Shown here one piece after another: positions 14,397 through 28,755 of a stretch of 64,000 bases of DNA; the first letter of the stretch is position 1, and the number at the start of each line of letters is the position of its first letter. Source of the stretch: Lama glama (lineage: Eukaryota). The notes under the pieces are model-generated. The model searched no databases. It saw only the letters and a list, made by a program, of their open reading frames with translations, and was not told the origin of the DNA. The stretch lies in the NCBI GenBank assembly GCA_028534125.1, contig CM052816.1, positions 83,764,001-83,828,000 on the forward strand. The letters run 5' to 3'. The translations under genes were made by a program, and so were the position numbers.

Positions 14397-15042
14397 GATG
14401 TATACAGAAACTAAGCAAACAAAATCATGAAAATCATTGTCTGCAGAAATCAAGAATTTCTGCTAAAAAAGAAAATTATATTATCAAATACTCTACTACT
14501 AACATGTAAGTAAAATTGAGATTGTCTTAATAATATAAACGTGGAATATTAATCTATTGTTTAATAAAAATTTAAAGCTGACTATACTTGGGTTGTGGGG
14601 AAAAAGGAACTATGTTTGAGTGAAATAGAGTTGGACTGAAATGGAGTAGTCCAGACTTTCAAAACTTGGATGTGAGAGATAACAATTGCAAGGTTTAGAA
14701 GTAATCAGATCAGTGAAGTGTGTAATGACCAACATTGACAAAAATTAGTCATAAAATCTTTGGAGGACTTAAAATAAAATCAGATGGTTAAAGATGGCTC
14801 TTAAATTTCTACTTGATTGGCCAGATGATGGCAATACTATGTACTTAGAAAATCTTTAACAGCTTTTGTTGGTATGTAGGTCTACTGACTGGAGATCTGA
14901 GTGATACTTTTGTATAAATCTCAACCATATTTCATTGTCTAAGATTTTGGTTTGATTGATTACAATATAATGCAACAAAGCAAGACACTTGAAAAGTAAT
15001 ATTCAACTTCAAAATATTTTAAATATTTATATCTTTTTTAGA

Positions 15043-15280
15043 TTAGTGTTCCTCAACCTTTTTTTAAAAATTATTTTCCTCCTAAGGATACTTTGTAGAT
15101 ATTTTTCCTAATTTCCCCATGAAATTCTAATAGCAAATATATACTACTGTATATCTGTTTATGTACAGTAGGCATATTTTTTGCTTTATAAGTAAAATAT
15201 TATGACTTTTTTCACATCATCCCAAGTGCCAACAATGACACCCTTAGTAATGCTATTATTGTCACTGAAAATACAGTTTT
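15043..15280. mobile_element. probable hAT-Charlie (MER) MITE
   Basis: Starts tagtgttcctcaacc, resembling a Charlie terminal inverted repeat (TIR); right end degenerate. Confidence 0.4.
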
Positions 15281-15524
15281 ACAGTAGTCTTCTTTATAAT
15301 AATTACCTAGACTTTTTGATGGGAGCTATTCATCTTTATGGAGTCCTAATAATATGACAATTTCCCTAAAAAATGAATTCTACCTTTGGTCTTATATTCA
15401 ATTGTTTATATAACGCCCTAGTCAATTGTTTATGTGATATATAAATTAAATCATTTTCATATTGATAATATCAAACACAACTAACATAAACTGTTTCAGG
15501 AAAAAAGCAAATGATTTGATAGGA

Positions 15525-15850
15525 ATACAAAAACGAAGAACTCATCTACAAAACAGAAACAGATTTGCAGACGTAGTAAACAATCTTATGGTTACCAGGG
15601 AAAGGGCGTGGGAAGGGATAAATTTGGGAGTTTGAGATTTACAAATGTTAGCCACTATATATAAAAATAGATTTAAAAAGTTTCTTCTGTGTAGCACAGG
15701 GAACTATATTCAATATCTTGTAATAACCTTTAATTAAAAATGGGAAAACAAATATATGTATGTATATGCCTGATTGAGACATTATACAGTACACCAGAAA
15801 TTGACACATTGTAACTGACTGTATTTAAAAAAAAAACAACTAAATAAATA
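15525..15850 (+). mobile_element. 5'-truncated artiodactyl/camelid-type L1 3' end
   Basis: acaaaacagaaacaga...cttatggttacc...tagcacagggaactatattcaatatcttgtaataacc...acaccagaaattgacac plus A-tail. Confidence 0.9.
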
Positions 15851-17384
15851 TTCAGGATGCTGTGGCCATCTATCATGACATCTTTTTCCCACTGATTGGA
15901 CAACTTTAGTTAATTGACTAATCTGTTAATTGGCTATTAATAATGGAAACTTCCACTGTAAACATGTTGTTCACCTTGGATTCATTTATGTGTGTGTGTA
16001 CACGTTTGTTTGTGTATATACATGTGTGTGAGAAGGAGTGGCTACCTTACTGTGTAAATGTAGCATATTTGAGTAGCCCCAAATCAAAAGAGTTGATTGA
16101 GAATTGACTGATACTTATTACTTTGTTGATGTTGTTTTTCAATTAGGAAATTAACAAGAACACCTTTGTCAAAGAAATATTTCAATACTGATTCACACTT
16201 ACTGGATTGGAGACATAAATTTCAATTGTAATCCTAAAATTTCCTTGATTTAATTTATCATAGACATACCTTTTAAATAAAAATTTATTATCCTTAAATG
16301 ATTGAGAATAAATATGTAAAATTACTTTTTTTATTTTAAAAACAGCTACAACTTATTCTATAATAAGAAAATGCTAATTTTGCTTGAGTTATCTGACACA
16401 AGAGTTATCACAGTCATAGCTTAAACTTCTTACATACATTCTCTTTTATACAAATGAGCTGCAAAACAATGACTTTTCACATATTCTATTTAAGGAAATC
16501 TTTCAATGATAAAATTTTCTCCTACTTTATTAGTTGTTGAATTTAAATTAGACTTTTATCAACTTATTTTTCATTCTCCATATTAGTGCAGCAGAATTCA
16601 GACAGCTTAATATATCACGGTATTAGTGAAGATCTACATAGTTCCATCACAAATGGCTGGTGACCGTCACAATGGAGCTGTATATTCAACAGAACTCATA
16701 TTGGGTTTTATACTGTTAGACATATATCTGGAATTCAGACTTTGGAAGTTACACATCATTATTGTATAACATTACAATAAAAGTAAAATCACATTAACTT
16801 TACAAAAAAAAAGCCATTGATATATGAGGAGAGAGTTTTTATACCAATGCAAAAAATAATAAATAAACAAATAGGGAGAGTATAAGAGAAAAACTTCTTT
16901 ATTAATAGAAAATTGAACAAGGGAACTTTATATCTTTATATATAAGATTTGGAATACATCCCAGATTTCATTCACATTTATAAAGCACATTAAGCCCTGT
17001 CAAAGCAGGACAATTTGTCTTCTCTAAGTGGTCTCTGTTTACAATGGATTTTACTTCTACTCCTTCTAATGACTCACTGAAAAAGGTTACAGAAGGCTAT
17101 TGGAAAGGTTACGTAAAGAAGCTTTTCCGATCATCCATTTTAAACAGGAAAAGAGAAATAAAAACAGAAAACAGGTCATGCCATTACTTAAAAGGCTCAA
17201 CAAAAATGTAAAACAAGAGTCCATGATACCTTTCTAATATTAAGTATGCACATAAGGTACCTTTTGAATAATTGGGTCTTATGCCTTCTTTTGTTACCAT
17301 ATTTGTGATAGAAACAGCCAATAAATCCCACTTCACTGGAAAAAAAAGTATGTTTTTCATTAAATCCATCAAGTCTCGGGTGTA

Positions 17385-17386
<2 letters not shown>

Positions 17387-17416
<30 letters not shown>
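17387..17416. repeat. (TG)n microsatellite
   Basis: Visible directly in the sequence. Confidence 0.95.
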
Positions 17417-17417
<1 letters not shown>

Positions 17418-18282
17418 CTATTGTCTTCACAAAGGTAAGTGATTTAGTTTTTGGAAAAAGAGAATGCCATTGATTTTCTTCAACTTTGGTTTAGAAACTC
17501 TAATCCACATGGTAACTAGCACTATGTGAATTTTCCACTATTTTCCAAATTAAGCAAGGAGTATATATGCCTTCTCTCCTTTCCTTTTGTTTAAAAATGA
17601 AAAGAAACAGTCAGTCTTGACGGTCTCAGTTTCCTCCTGTAACAGACACTAGGATATAAAAGTGAGAGTTACAAGGCTCTCTGCTGATAGTGGCAAGTTG
17701 TACAAGCAGTACTCTTTGTTCAGTAAAATAATCTGGCCATGAAAAGTGGACACGATGTCTACACTTTTGTCTTTATTTTACTATATGCTAACGGCCTTAT
17801 GCCACTGTATATACTTTTATATGCACTATGGTAAATTTAGTCACACGCATAAAAATGTAAAATGAAGTGGTGTGAAAAAAAGGGAATAAAGGTGCTGGCC
17901 AACACAAGATGGAGGAACATATGCTAAGGAAAATGCAGCCTGAAGAAAACTGTTTGAGTTGCTGTAATAATCACTACCCACAAGTGGAAACCACTGTCAC
18001 TGGTCAGTAAAAATGATTTAAACTATTCAAAAAATTAAAAAAAAAGATAGTATGCAATAGAGAAAGAAGAAAATTCTTTCTTGTTTACCAGACTTTCACC
18101 TAATTTTTACTTCTAGTATTTGCTTTTTTCCCCTGATGAAGATAAATTGGAAAGCCATTTCATCCAGGTGAATTGTTGCCACTCTTTGTAGGTAGGCGTG
18201 TAAGTGTGAGTTATAATGTTCCTAAATACATCTTAATAATTACTTAATTTTTCTTTTCATTGGATTGTGTGTGTATGAGAGG

Positions 18283-18284
18283 AG

Positions 18285-18319
<35 letters not shown>

Positions 18320-18335
18320 GGAGGGAGGGAGAGAG
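18283..18335. repeat. (GA)n / GA-rich repeat
   Basis: Visible directly in the sequence. Confidence 0.95.
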
Positions 18336-18374
18336 GTGGGAAGGAATTGAAGACAGGAGAGCAGAGAGGAAGGG

Positions 18375-18560
18375 GCATTTGTTGACCTCTATGTTCTAGA
18401 AACAGCATCTCTCAACCATCATTTCATTTATTTTCATGGAATCTATATTTTATAAATTTCAGTTGAGAAAATGAGTTTCAGGTGGGTTAAGCAACTTCCT
18501 CCAAGGCACTTGGCCTGTACTCATTAAATCAATTCAAGTACCGTGGGCTTTCTGCCTTAT
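18375..18560 (-). mobile_element. MIR SINE
   Basis: cagttgagaaaatgagtttcaggtgggttaagcaactt matches the reverse MIR core. Confidence 0.7.
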
Positions 18561-20734
18561 CAACTACACTTCACTCAAGCTGAGTTTGTTAGAACATCTA
18601 GGCTAGCAATAGGTTCCTTCTGTGGAACATTGCATTCAAAGTTGAAGGAGTTTAACAATAGGTTTATTTTTTCAAATATACGCTTTCTATTAAAGTATGG
18701 TCTTATGAAAAACACCATGAAAATTTTGTTATTTAGAAATAAGATTACAAATCTCAAAAATACTATTTGCTAAAGTTGTAATGATGTGGTTGTGAGAACC
18801 TACTAACTTTAGCTGCTAAAGATGCTGTTGTTATCACAGCTGACCACAACCCCATCACTGTGTTGTTCAGAGGTAATTCCCCCATATCCCCCCTACATTT
18901 CTTTGTCTTGTCTTGCTCTTGATTTATATCTAAGTTAATATTCCCCCATTCCCTCAATAATGTTTGGAAGCTGAATTTCATTCTCATTTGCACAAAGGTA
19001 AATTGCAGTAATATGCTACGTGTCAGTGTCTTCAAATGAATTGTAATAGGTTCCCGATGAAAGTTCATAAAAATCTCTTTTGATATTACACTGATATCCT
19101 TTTCATTATGCATTGTCACTAAGCGATGATACGATAATTCTTGATCTCAACTGAAGACCTGACTTCTCCTAAAAAAGAATGCATGAAACTAATTGTCATT
19201 CAGAAATTAGGTTATTAAGACTATAGTCAGAAATAAAGGACTGTATAAGGAATGGGAATCATGACTTTTGAATCCAGTTTGCAATTATTTCTATATTCAT
19301 CTAATATTATTCCTTAAAACAGTAGCAAAGATAGTTAACATACTAGAGTTGACTATTAAAATTGTATGTAAAATAAAATATAGCTGATATAAAACATAAC
19401 TTAAAACCATATGTTTTTATGTAATTTGATTGGAATATATTTCTAAGTAATTGAAAACACACATGCAGTTTATATGAATTTTTATCTTCCTGTGTATATA
19501 TAATTTAAATATTTCTATAATACTGTACATGTGTACACATATTAAAAACATATTTAGATATGTATGTACAAGTTATATCATCCTAAAGATACTATGGTTT
19601 TTATTATTTCCTTCATTTTTAAATACATCTTGTGTCATTTAAAAATATACCATTTAAGAAATCATGAAAATACATAGATTTGCCTTAGGACTAATATATG
19701 TAAACAGAAAAATCACATGAGACTATATTGGGGCAAGTATCTAGTTTTTAAATTGTGATAGTGGGTAACCTTTGTGTGCATGCTTTTTCAGTTTCACAAA
19801 ATATATTCATTTGATTTTGGAATCCCACCTCACTACCAACAGATCAACCTATTATATAAATCGGGTCTAGGGAGGCTCCCCAATCTACTGAGGCTTTCGG
19901 TTCTTGAGTTTAAGGTGTAGGTTTTAGGTGCCACTTTCACAGGTTTCAGAACAGATTCTAAAGATCAGAAATCTAGAGATGTCCTGGTAATGGCCAAATT
20001 CTCTGGAAGGGAATAGAAAAAAACCAAAAACAAACAAACAAAAAAACCCCACCATTCTGAATGCTGTGTGAAGAGGTTCAGCTGGCCCAGTTGAGTAGAT
20101 GTTGCCAGCACCTACGGAAAACCTGTCCCATTCCCCTGCACTATGCTGGCTTGATGGAAGTCCACAATTGTGTATACATTACTTATAGTTTTGCTCTTAA
20201 TTTGTGTCCTGTCCTGCTTTGATGAGTGGTGGCTGTCTCTAAGAAATATGAAGGCACCTCAGAAATAAGAGGCTCTTCACTAGCCTCAACAGAGAGGTCT
20301 CTCATTGCCAGGCCATGGCCAGCACTGAGCTCTCTGAAAAAGAAAATCACATTTAATAGTCATAACTTGCCACTTGTCCAATATACATATGGAGGGTCCC
20401 AGTAGTATGGATACTGAGGCAATCTATGCTTTCCGATATGGGTAAGGCAAGAAAGATCAGAACTACTTGAAATGAAATCTGAAGAAGAAAAACTTGAGCA
20501 GGGACCTCTTCTTATGCCTAAAAAAAAAACACACATAACAGAGCACTTAGGTAGATATAAAAGGATAGTGTATAGACAGATAAAAACAAAAAGCAATTAT
20601 AAAAACATTTCAGGAACATAAAAATGACAGCAGACACTTGAAAATAAAATTAAAGATGCTGAAATTTAGTTGCAGGAATTATAGCATAGAGCAAAAATAT
20701 GAAGAAATCAAAATCATGACAGAAGAGAATGAGG

Positions 20735-20980
20735 TATTATAATGTAATACAGCGTTGTTACCGACAGACAAACTGTTGTATTTCTTGTAAAACTGAAATC
20801 TGTGTCTTCTGCACAGCAACTCATTTCCCTCACCCCCAAGCCCCTGGCAACCACCTTTCCATTGTGTTTCTATGAGCTTGTGTATTTCAGATTCCTCAGA
20901 TACATGGAATTATGTAGTATTTGTCCTTCTGTGACTGGCTTATTTCACTTAGCATAATATTCTCCAGGTTCATCTCATGT
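20735..20980 (-). mobile_element. L1M 3' fragment
   Basis: gcccctggcaaccacc...ttgtccttctgtgactggcttatttcacttagcataat. Confidence 0.85.
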
Positions 20981-23900
20981 TATTGTTTAAAAATAAATGC
21001 AAAATTTGCAAGAATAAGTTGCAGGATTCCAAGACTATTAAAACTAAAAAGAAGGACAAATAGAAATCTGAAGGTCCGGTGTTATTTGTATTGGCGTGGG
21101 TCAGAAAACAATGGTAACAATAACGACAACAAATTAACATGATTTGGATTCAGAGATTGCTTTTTCCATTAAAAATTCTGGACATATGCAGCACTGAAAG
21201 GTTCAATGCACATATCTATATGAGAGGCAGAAATGCCTTTCTAAAATTGCATCAGACTGTGCCACTCTCTTGGTTTTAATTTTCTATGATTTTCATAACC
21301 CACTCTTCTTAGCTCATCCTGAAGAAAGACCACTTTTTAGTTAAGTACTTGCACCTCCTCCCATCCTAACCAGAATGTTTCTCAGTACAGGCCCAAGAAC
21401 ATACCAAGAATGTTGCCTTCATGTTTAGAATACGTGAGACCCTCCCACTCTACAAATACTCTCTTTCCTCTTTGCTCTATTCCTATGTACTCTTGAAATA
21501 CTAATTCTATTATCATCTCCAGAAAAATTTCCCAACTAAATTTAAATTAGTTAATTTTTCTGCTGATGGAAACTCTTGTATCTATCTCAGATACAGAAAT
21601 TCCACATTATTTTAGTTAATCATTCTAAAATATTTTTCTCCAACCAGACCATCAACATAGTGGTAGTATTTTAATTTCAATTCATTTTCCTATCTATATC
21701 ACATTAAATATAATTTGGAGCACCATAAAATGTTAAAATTAATTGTTCAGTAAATAAAGTATAATTGAGAAGGCTTTACTCCCCTTAATTTTTGTGCTGA
21801 TGTTATTCTTTATTTTGTGGTCTAGGGCAAGAAAATATTCAGGATCAGTTGATGTTCTATTCCTTACCAATAATATTTCTCACTAATAATGGAATTTAGG
21901 AAATGAGAGAAGCTGCATCTTGTATCCTAAATGCATTTCAGTGCTGGGAAGGGAAAGCTGACATGTGCCATTCTTACGTCAGTGTTTATGAAGATGTGGG
22001 AATCAAAAAAGGCTTTTATTAATGTAAGAAAGAAAAAAACCCCTTATCTTTCAGTTAGGCTTGAGGTGTGGATTGGAGAAATGGAGAAATAACTGCATCA
22101 TGGTGTGCATGTGTGTGTGTCTCCACATAGGTGCAATTCTCAGTTTAGGAAATATTTCTTAACATTCTTTATTTCATTATTCAATCCCAAACAAAGAGCC
22201 ATTTTAAACATTTATTTCCTAATCCCCTTCCCAACATGAAATTAATTCCAGAAATACACTTTACATCTTTTTATGCATTGTGGTCCAAATCACAGTGACA
22301 TATTTGCATTTCTGTAAGCAATTTTGACCTCCTTGTAGACAAATTTGACCCTCTTGAGAATAGGTAATTTAGAAGCACAGTCATAAGGTTATATTTAGAA
22401 ATAAAATTGAAATCAGGCAGATACAGACATGAATTGTATAGGCACATGAGTCTGTAACTAGAAATTGTGAATATGGATTACTATTTTAATAATTTTCTAT
22501 CATTTTAATTTAAATTTTGAAAATGACTGACGCACTATTACAAATAAGAAATTTCACTTAAAAGGAAAATTTCTATTGTCCTGAAATTATCTGCTTTCCA
22601 GTTACTTATCATATATCAATTAGTTTTATAATTTGTGAAATATTTTTTCTCTCAGAGGCTGAGTATATTCATATGCAAATCTGTAAGAATAAAACCAGGC
22701 TTCCAGAGTAGTTATAATTACTAATTCATCAAATTGTATAATATGTTAAGTAGCATGGGGAATCGCATGTGGTAAGTCTTCAGCGACTATTAAACGAAGG
22801 TGAAACTTAAATCATCCCTAAATATGACTTGAGTGCAGGAATAAGAACTAGCATTTACTGAGAAATTTCTACATTTCATGCACCACTCTTAGTACTAGAT
22901 CTATCTCGCCACAGAGAATGACAATAGAGGTTAAAGCTTGAGTTTCCAGAGTTTAATAAGGAAACTAACAAGCTAAGAGCGCAAGAGAAGGCACCTAGCA
23001 GAAAACATTTCTCATTGTTAAGTTCACTGGAGAGTGACAAGATTCAGCTCCATAGCAAGTGGCCTGAAATAAAGTCATAAATGGTAAGGCAAGCTCTCAT
23101 AAGTGATGGCCACCTGATCCAGCTGCCGGGTTGCCAAATTTTTAAGCAAAGTATGATTAAACTTCTAGTAGACTTCTGTCTATAGCAATGGGTAGAGCTA
23201 ATCAGAACAATTCTGAATACCTTTGCATTGTTTTTTAGGAAAAAAAATTAAGATCAAAATTGAACTCCCAGTGGAATCATGTAAAGGAAACTCATACTTA
23301 GCACTATGTAGTCATGTGTTCATGGATTCACTGATCCATTTCCCTCTCTCTGACTTTCTCATTCTCACTTCCTTTTCTCTTTCTCTCCTTTCCTTGTCAA
23401 AAGGCTCAAATTTAACTTTGTTTTGCTCTCCAACTTAATGGCTGCTCAGCTATTTATTTGTCGGCATATCTATTTATTAGTCTATATAGATATTATTTTA
23501 TGCATTAAAATTATTTTATAATTTTGGAACATAAGGGAGATTTTAGCTCATGCTTCATTTGCATTTTTACATGGAATTTTACCAGGGAACCATGTTCTTT
23601 GGCAAAGAAAAAAGACCTCCCTTGCACCTTAAAATGTGAGCAACGTATGTTCCATAAATATACAACTCCAATAAGTTGTTATTATTAATGTGAGATCAGT
23701 TTATCTTCATTTATTATATGATTTAATTTATTTTTGCTACTATATTTGCAAGTTGTTTTGGGACTTTTATGCTTAAATTTCTCCTGCATTCTTTCCGCTT
23801 TTACTTTTGCTCAGCTTCTCCAATTATTTCTAAGATTTGGCTTTTTATGTTTATCAATGATATTTAATTCAATAAATATTTGTGATTGTTTTAAAATCAT

Positions 23901-25239
23901 AACTGATTTTATTTTCAGGAAATCCTTTTTTTAAAAGAATTTTATTTTGAGGAAAATCCTTTTTTTAATGTAATAAATCTCATCTTGAATGTCACTTTGT
24001 TTAACATTAAGATCAACTCTGCTTTCACCTTTGTATTCATGCAGAGTTAAAACTGAGTTAGTGTCCATCAACACGTTCTCAGTTTTGACTGGTTGGTATG
24101 CATGCTATATCCCTGTTAAATATTTCAAATATCACCAGCAGTTCACTGCATATTTATCACTTATAAGGTTATTTTAATAGTTTGTACTCCATATGTTAAA
24201 ATTTGTGAGTATTTTAAATAAGAAACTTTACTTTTATAAATATTATTTACAGTGTCTCTGTCTTGTATTGTCTATATTAGATTTCTGCTTCTAGGTTTTC
24301 TAGTTTCTTTCATTTAAATTTATATTCCTTTTTTTTTTTTCGTGCTCCACCATTAGAGTGATTCTTTCTATATTTCTTTGTTTTAATGAGTTGAAATGAA
24401 TAAATTTTTTCCATTCTATTGATCTTATATTTATCAAATAAATAAGTGAGCATATAAGTGAAAAGGAGCTGAAAATTACAGAACGGTGTGAACACAATAT
24501 AGCTCTATATGTAGACAGAGGATATGCAATTATATGTCAACAATTTTATTTTACTTTTAAGGGAAATGACATAAAAAATTGCTTCAGGTATTCTATTGAA
24601 GGCAAAAATATATTTATGCTCCACATGCCTGGGTATCTTTTCAAAGGAAGCGATAAAGGGAAAGAGAGAAGGACCGACAATAAACAGCACACAAAGCTAC
24701 TCATTAAGGTACCACTGAGTGTAGGTAAAGTTTTGGGTTCTTAGCCACACTGATTTGGTGTTTTGTCAGAAGACCAGTGCTTTTCAGATTCCCAATTGGT
24801 TTATTCCTGCTTAAACCTCTTAGAAAATACCTCCGCTTTAATGGTGAAGGGGACAGCTGAACAGTCACTTTTAAATATGTTTAGCTGTATGTTGTGTTTA
24901 CATTTAGAAATGTCTCTTTTTATTCAGAGTAAGAAATAGGCAATGATGAGAAAAACATGTTTTTCAAATGTTTCATAAACAAAAATATAAATTATTTAGA
25001 ATGAAGTTTTGCTCAGTTTAAACAAAACCATTTAAATTCTTGATTTAATTTCAAATACTTCCTCCTACTTAAATGTAAGCTGTGTGAGGATAAAGACTTT
25101 GACATATTGTCCACAACACTTTGAATAAGGCCAGGTACATGTGAGATTCTCAAGGCACATATAAAGTGAATATGTAGAGAGTGGATGATAGAATCAAATA
25201 CTCATGACTCATGGAAAATGATAGACTATTTGGAAAGAA

Positions 25240-25352
25240 AGGGGATGGGAGAGGAGAGCAAAAGAGAAAGGGATTAAGGCAGAGAATGGGTGAGAAGGAA
25301 GGAAAGAAGAAAGGGGAAAAAGGGAGGAAAGGAGGGTGGAAGGAAGGAAGAA
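25240..25352. repeat. purine-rich (GGAA/GA) low-complexity tract
   Basis: Visible directly in the sequence. Confidence 0.85.
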
Positions 25353-26536
25353 ATAGCATTATGAAATACATTTTATCTTGTTTGGAAAGGTGTTATATTA
25401 TATACAGAATTCAAAAACGTCAAGCTGAATTTCTTTTCCCAGTTGGAACAAAAAGGATTCTTATGCCAATTTCAAATTGAAATCTCTTTTCAGTTCTCCA
25501 AACAGTTGGTAACCTGAATGTTTGTAATTTGAATAAAAAGTAGGATGATTTCCAAGGAGGAATTGAGATTTTAAAATTCAGGTCTCTCAAATGGGAATAG
25601 GAGAGCAGTTCTCTGTTTGTGAAATGCATTGCCTGCTGTTTTCATTAAACAGTAACTGTACTTTTTTTTTTTGAAACTGTGCTCCATAAAAATAGAAAGG
25701 AAAAAAAAAAAGAAGATCAAACAAATTCAAGTCAAACAGTTGGAGTTTTTGGTATAGCTGTCGTATTTTACCAAAATGTCAAGTACCTAAATGCAGATGG
25801 TTTATGTTCACTGCTATTTTAAGAGTGACAATCCTTGGACTGAAGCTGGTTTTGATGAAAGTAGTGCACACTACCACGTCCTCAGGAGCTGAAAGAACTC
25901 ACCCGTAGGAGAAGAATAAAAGCAATGAAAGCACCTGCTCTGAGCCAGAGAGGATGCTGTCTGGAAGTATAAGCTGTTTTCCTCCTTAGCTATGCCATCT
26001 GAACCACTTAGTAAAGAGCACCTAAGCAAACAAATCATGTTAGATCACAAGATACAGCAAAGGCAGAAAATTCAACAAACATATTTAAGGAGTGTTTCAT
26101 TATTCACATATTTTCAATGAGATTTGCAAAAATTCTATCTGATCACATTTTTACAGTTTATTTTTTCAATGAATTGAAATTTGCTAAGTTCCATTATGAA
26201 ATGATAATAAGGTAGTTTGCAAGAGTTGATTACAAACTATTAAAGCATGTTTCCAAGGTCTTTATTTTCAAAGAAGTTTTTGTACCTTTTAACAAATTAT
26301 TGACAAAATTCAATTCTTGCATTTGTATGCTATTTAAATTAGGGTAACATATTCTCATCTGGAGATCTGGATGAAATACGTGGGAGCCAACAGTTTAAAA
26401 GTAAAGGAATCTTCTTGCTGTTGATCTTGACAGGTAGAGTAGACTTGGGAGATCAAGTATCCAGATCAACTCCAGGGTTCTTGAAAGTTAAAAGATCTAG
26501 ACGTTTATAATAGTACCTCTCAGATGCTCTCAGATA

Positions 26537-27163
26537 CAGTCTACCCTCATTGTTCTCTATTTGAGAATGAGCCTACTCAAAATCCAGAATCAATACATGC
26601 AGTTCTTTCATGGTCATTGGTGGATCTGTGTAGAGTGGGTGAGTCACCTGACATGCTCATTTTCCAGCTGAGTTCCAATAAGGCGATGTTCTGCCTTCTT
26701 ATAAGAAGCTCTTATAAGCTCTCATGTTGTAAATAAGCAACCTTTTTGCAATCTATTTAGTGACATAGTTTGTGTTTTTTTGCACCTGTATGCTTTCTAT
26801 GGTGATTTTGTTGTTTAACATGACCCCAACTCTAGTGTTGACATGCAGTCTAGCGTTTATAAGCACAAATTGATGTGTCTTACAGAGAAAATATTACACT
26901 CTCTGTTTGTTAAGGTATGTGTTATAGTGTTGTGGGCCATGAGTTCAATGTTTATGAATCAACAATATACATTAAAAAGATATCTTTAAAGAGAAAGACA
27001 GATAAAACGATGTTATGTATTGAATGTTTGACTAAAACATTCTGACCAGAAGTCACAGAAACCTAATCTTTATTTTCCCTAGGAACGATGGTTTAGTGTT
27101 CACTAATTCAGTGTTTGCAGAAAAATTCTGGAACATAACTATTATGAACAAATAGAATTAATT
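26537..27163 (+). mobile_element. MER82-like TcMar-Tigger MITE
   Basis: TA|CAGTCTACCCTCATT start; internal ccagctgag...aaggcgatgttctgccttctt and gagttcaatgtttatgaatcaacaata. Confidence 0.8.
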
Positions 27164-27231
27164 ATATATGTAATATAATATGGTATATATAGTAACAATA
27201 GCAAACATAAGTTAAATATAAATATTTGCCA

Positions 27232-27790
27232 CTTACGACTGTTAATTTTATTCTATGTGTCAACTGGACTGGGCCACAGGATAGCCAAATATTTGGCCAA
27301 ACATTATTTTGGGTGTGTCTGTGAGGATATTTCTGGATGGAATTAGCATTTGAATGAATAGACTGAATAAAGTAGATTGCCTTCCCCAAGGTCAGTGGGC
27401 CACATCAAATCAGTTGAAGACCTGAACAGAACAAAAATCCTCAGTGAGAGGGAACTGCTTCTGCTTGACTGCTGTGAGCTGATACATCTGTCTTTTCTGG
27501 CCTTAAGATGTGGACTGAAACACTGGCTCTTTTTGGGTCTCAAGTCTGCTAGCTTTCAGACTGGAATTTACACCATCAGCTCTCTGTATCTCAGGCCTCT
27601 GGGCTCAGACTAGAACTACATACAGACCCTCCTGGGTCTCCAGCTTGCAGACAGCAGATCTCAGGAATTGTCAACCTTCATAACTGTGTGAGCCAATTTC
27701 TTGTAATAAATCTCTATGTCTGTCTTATCTATATTAATCTATCCATCTATTCTATTGGCTCTGTTTCTCTGAAAAACCATGGCTAATACT
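27232..27790 (+). mobile_element. MLT2 (ERVL) solo LTR
   Basis: atgtgtcaactggactgggccacagg...tgtgtgagccaatttcttgtaataaatctc...ctgtttctctgaaaaacc. Confidence 0.9.
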
Positions 27791-28634
27791 TTAATGTTAG
27801 CTCTCCGACATCTGCATGTGTGTGTGTGCATGTGTTTGTGTGCATATGTGTGTGTGTAAATGTTTGCTACCTAAGGGAAATGTGTGTGTGTGTTGCTCTT
27901 GTTATTATCTTTTCTCTCTCTCAAAAAAATCACATTAAAATGACAGTAAAGTAGTACAGATTACAATAAAGTCATAATGATAGCAGTGGTATGGAAGTAA
28001 ACCACAGATTGTGAAGAGTTTATGGATAACTTTACGCAAACTGAATTTTACTGACAGATCAACTAGAAGCAACAAGTTCTAGTCCACTGCACTGACAAGA
28101 CAATGATGTAGCTTTTCCTCTCAAGAGAGACTCGTAAACACCCTGGTCTCTATGCCAAGTAGGTATAAAAATGTCAGAAATTGGATGGAGAGCAATCATA
28201 AAGACAGCAGTGAGCAGTGGTTAAAAGAGAAAATCTGCTCAAAATAAATCACTGCCAAGGAGTGCAAGAATCTATAGTCTGCAGGCTGGCACCCCAGAAG
28301 GGATTTTCACCTAAGTAGAGAAAATGGCCGATGGACAGTGGGGGCTCTAAGATCCCTTGTCTGAAAGGGAATAATCCACACAGGCAAGGCACAGCTTCAT
28401 GCTTTTAATCAAAGGGGAAGACAACAGGACAGCAGAGCAAATATATACCATTGTCCTTGATGGATCAACTTCACAATTAATTCATGTATCAAAGTAAACA
28501 ACAGGGAATGCCAGACATACAATAAAAACAAACAACACACAAGAGAAAGACTATGATGAACAAACTGATCAAAGAACTCTAGATAAAACAACAATAAATT
28601 AGAAAAAAAGAAATTTTAAAAAACTACTTGAAAG

Positions 28635-28755
28635 ATAAAAAGTTCTGGAGATTGTAATGTACAGCATGGTGACACCATTAACTATTCTGTACAGTGTATT
28701 TGAAAGTGGCTAAGAGAGTAGAACTTAAAAGTTCTCATCACAAGGAAAAGAATTA
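28635..28755 (+). mobile_element. L1MA/MB 3' fragment
   Basis: aagttctggagat...gtacagcatggtgac...gctaagagagtagaacttaaaagttctcatcac. Confidence 0.85.

Larger units (their letters stand above)
11700..14560 (+). mobile_element. old L1/HAL1-like ORF1 element fragmented by three LTR insertions
   Basis: A-rich ORF1-like segments at about 11830-11909, 12572-13121 and 13610-13960 appear to rejoin when the inserts are removed. Confidence 0.5.

Noticed and set aside
17432..17440. Consensus splice donor AAG|GTAAGT
   Set aside because: No convincing upstream acceptor or exon
19943..19986. Small plus-strand exon-like segment
   Set aside because: Weak polypyrimidine tract and donor; no recognisable peptide
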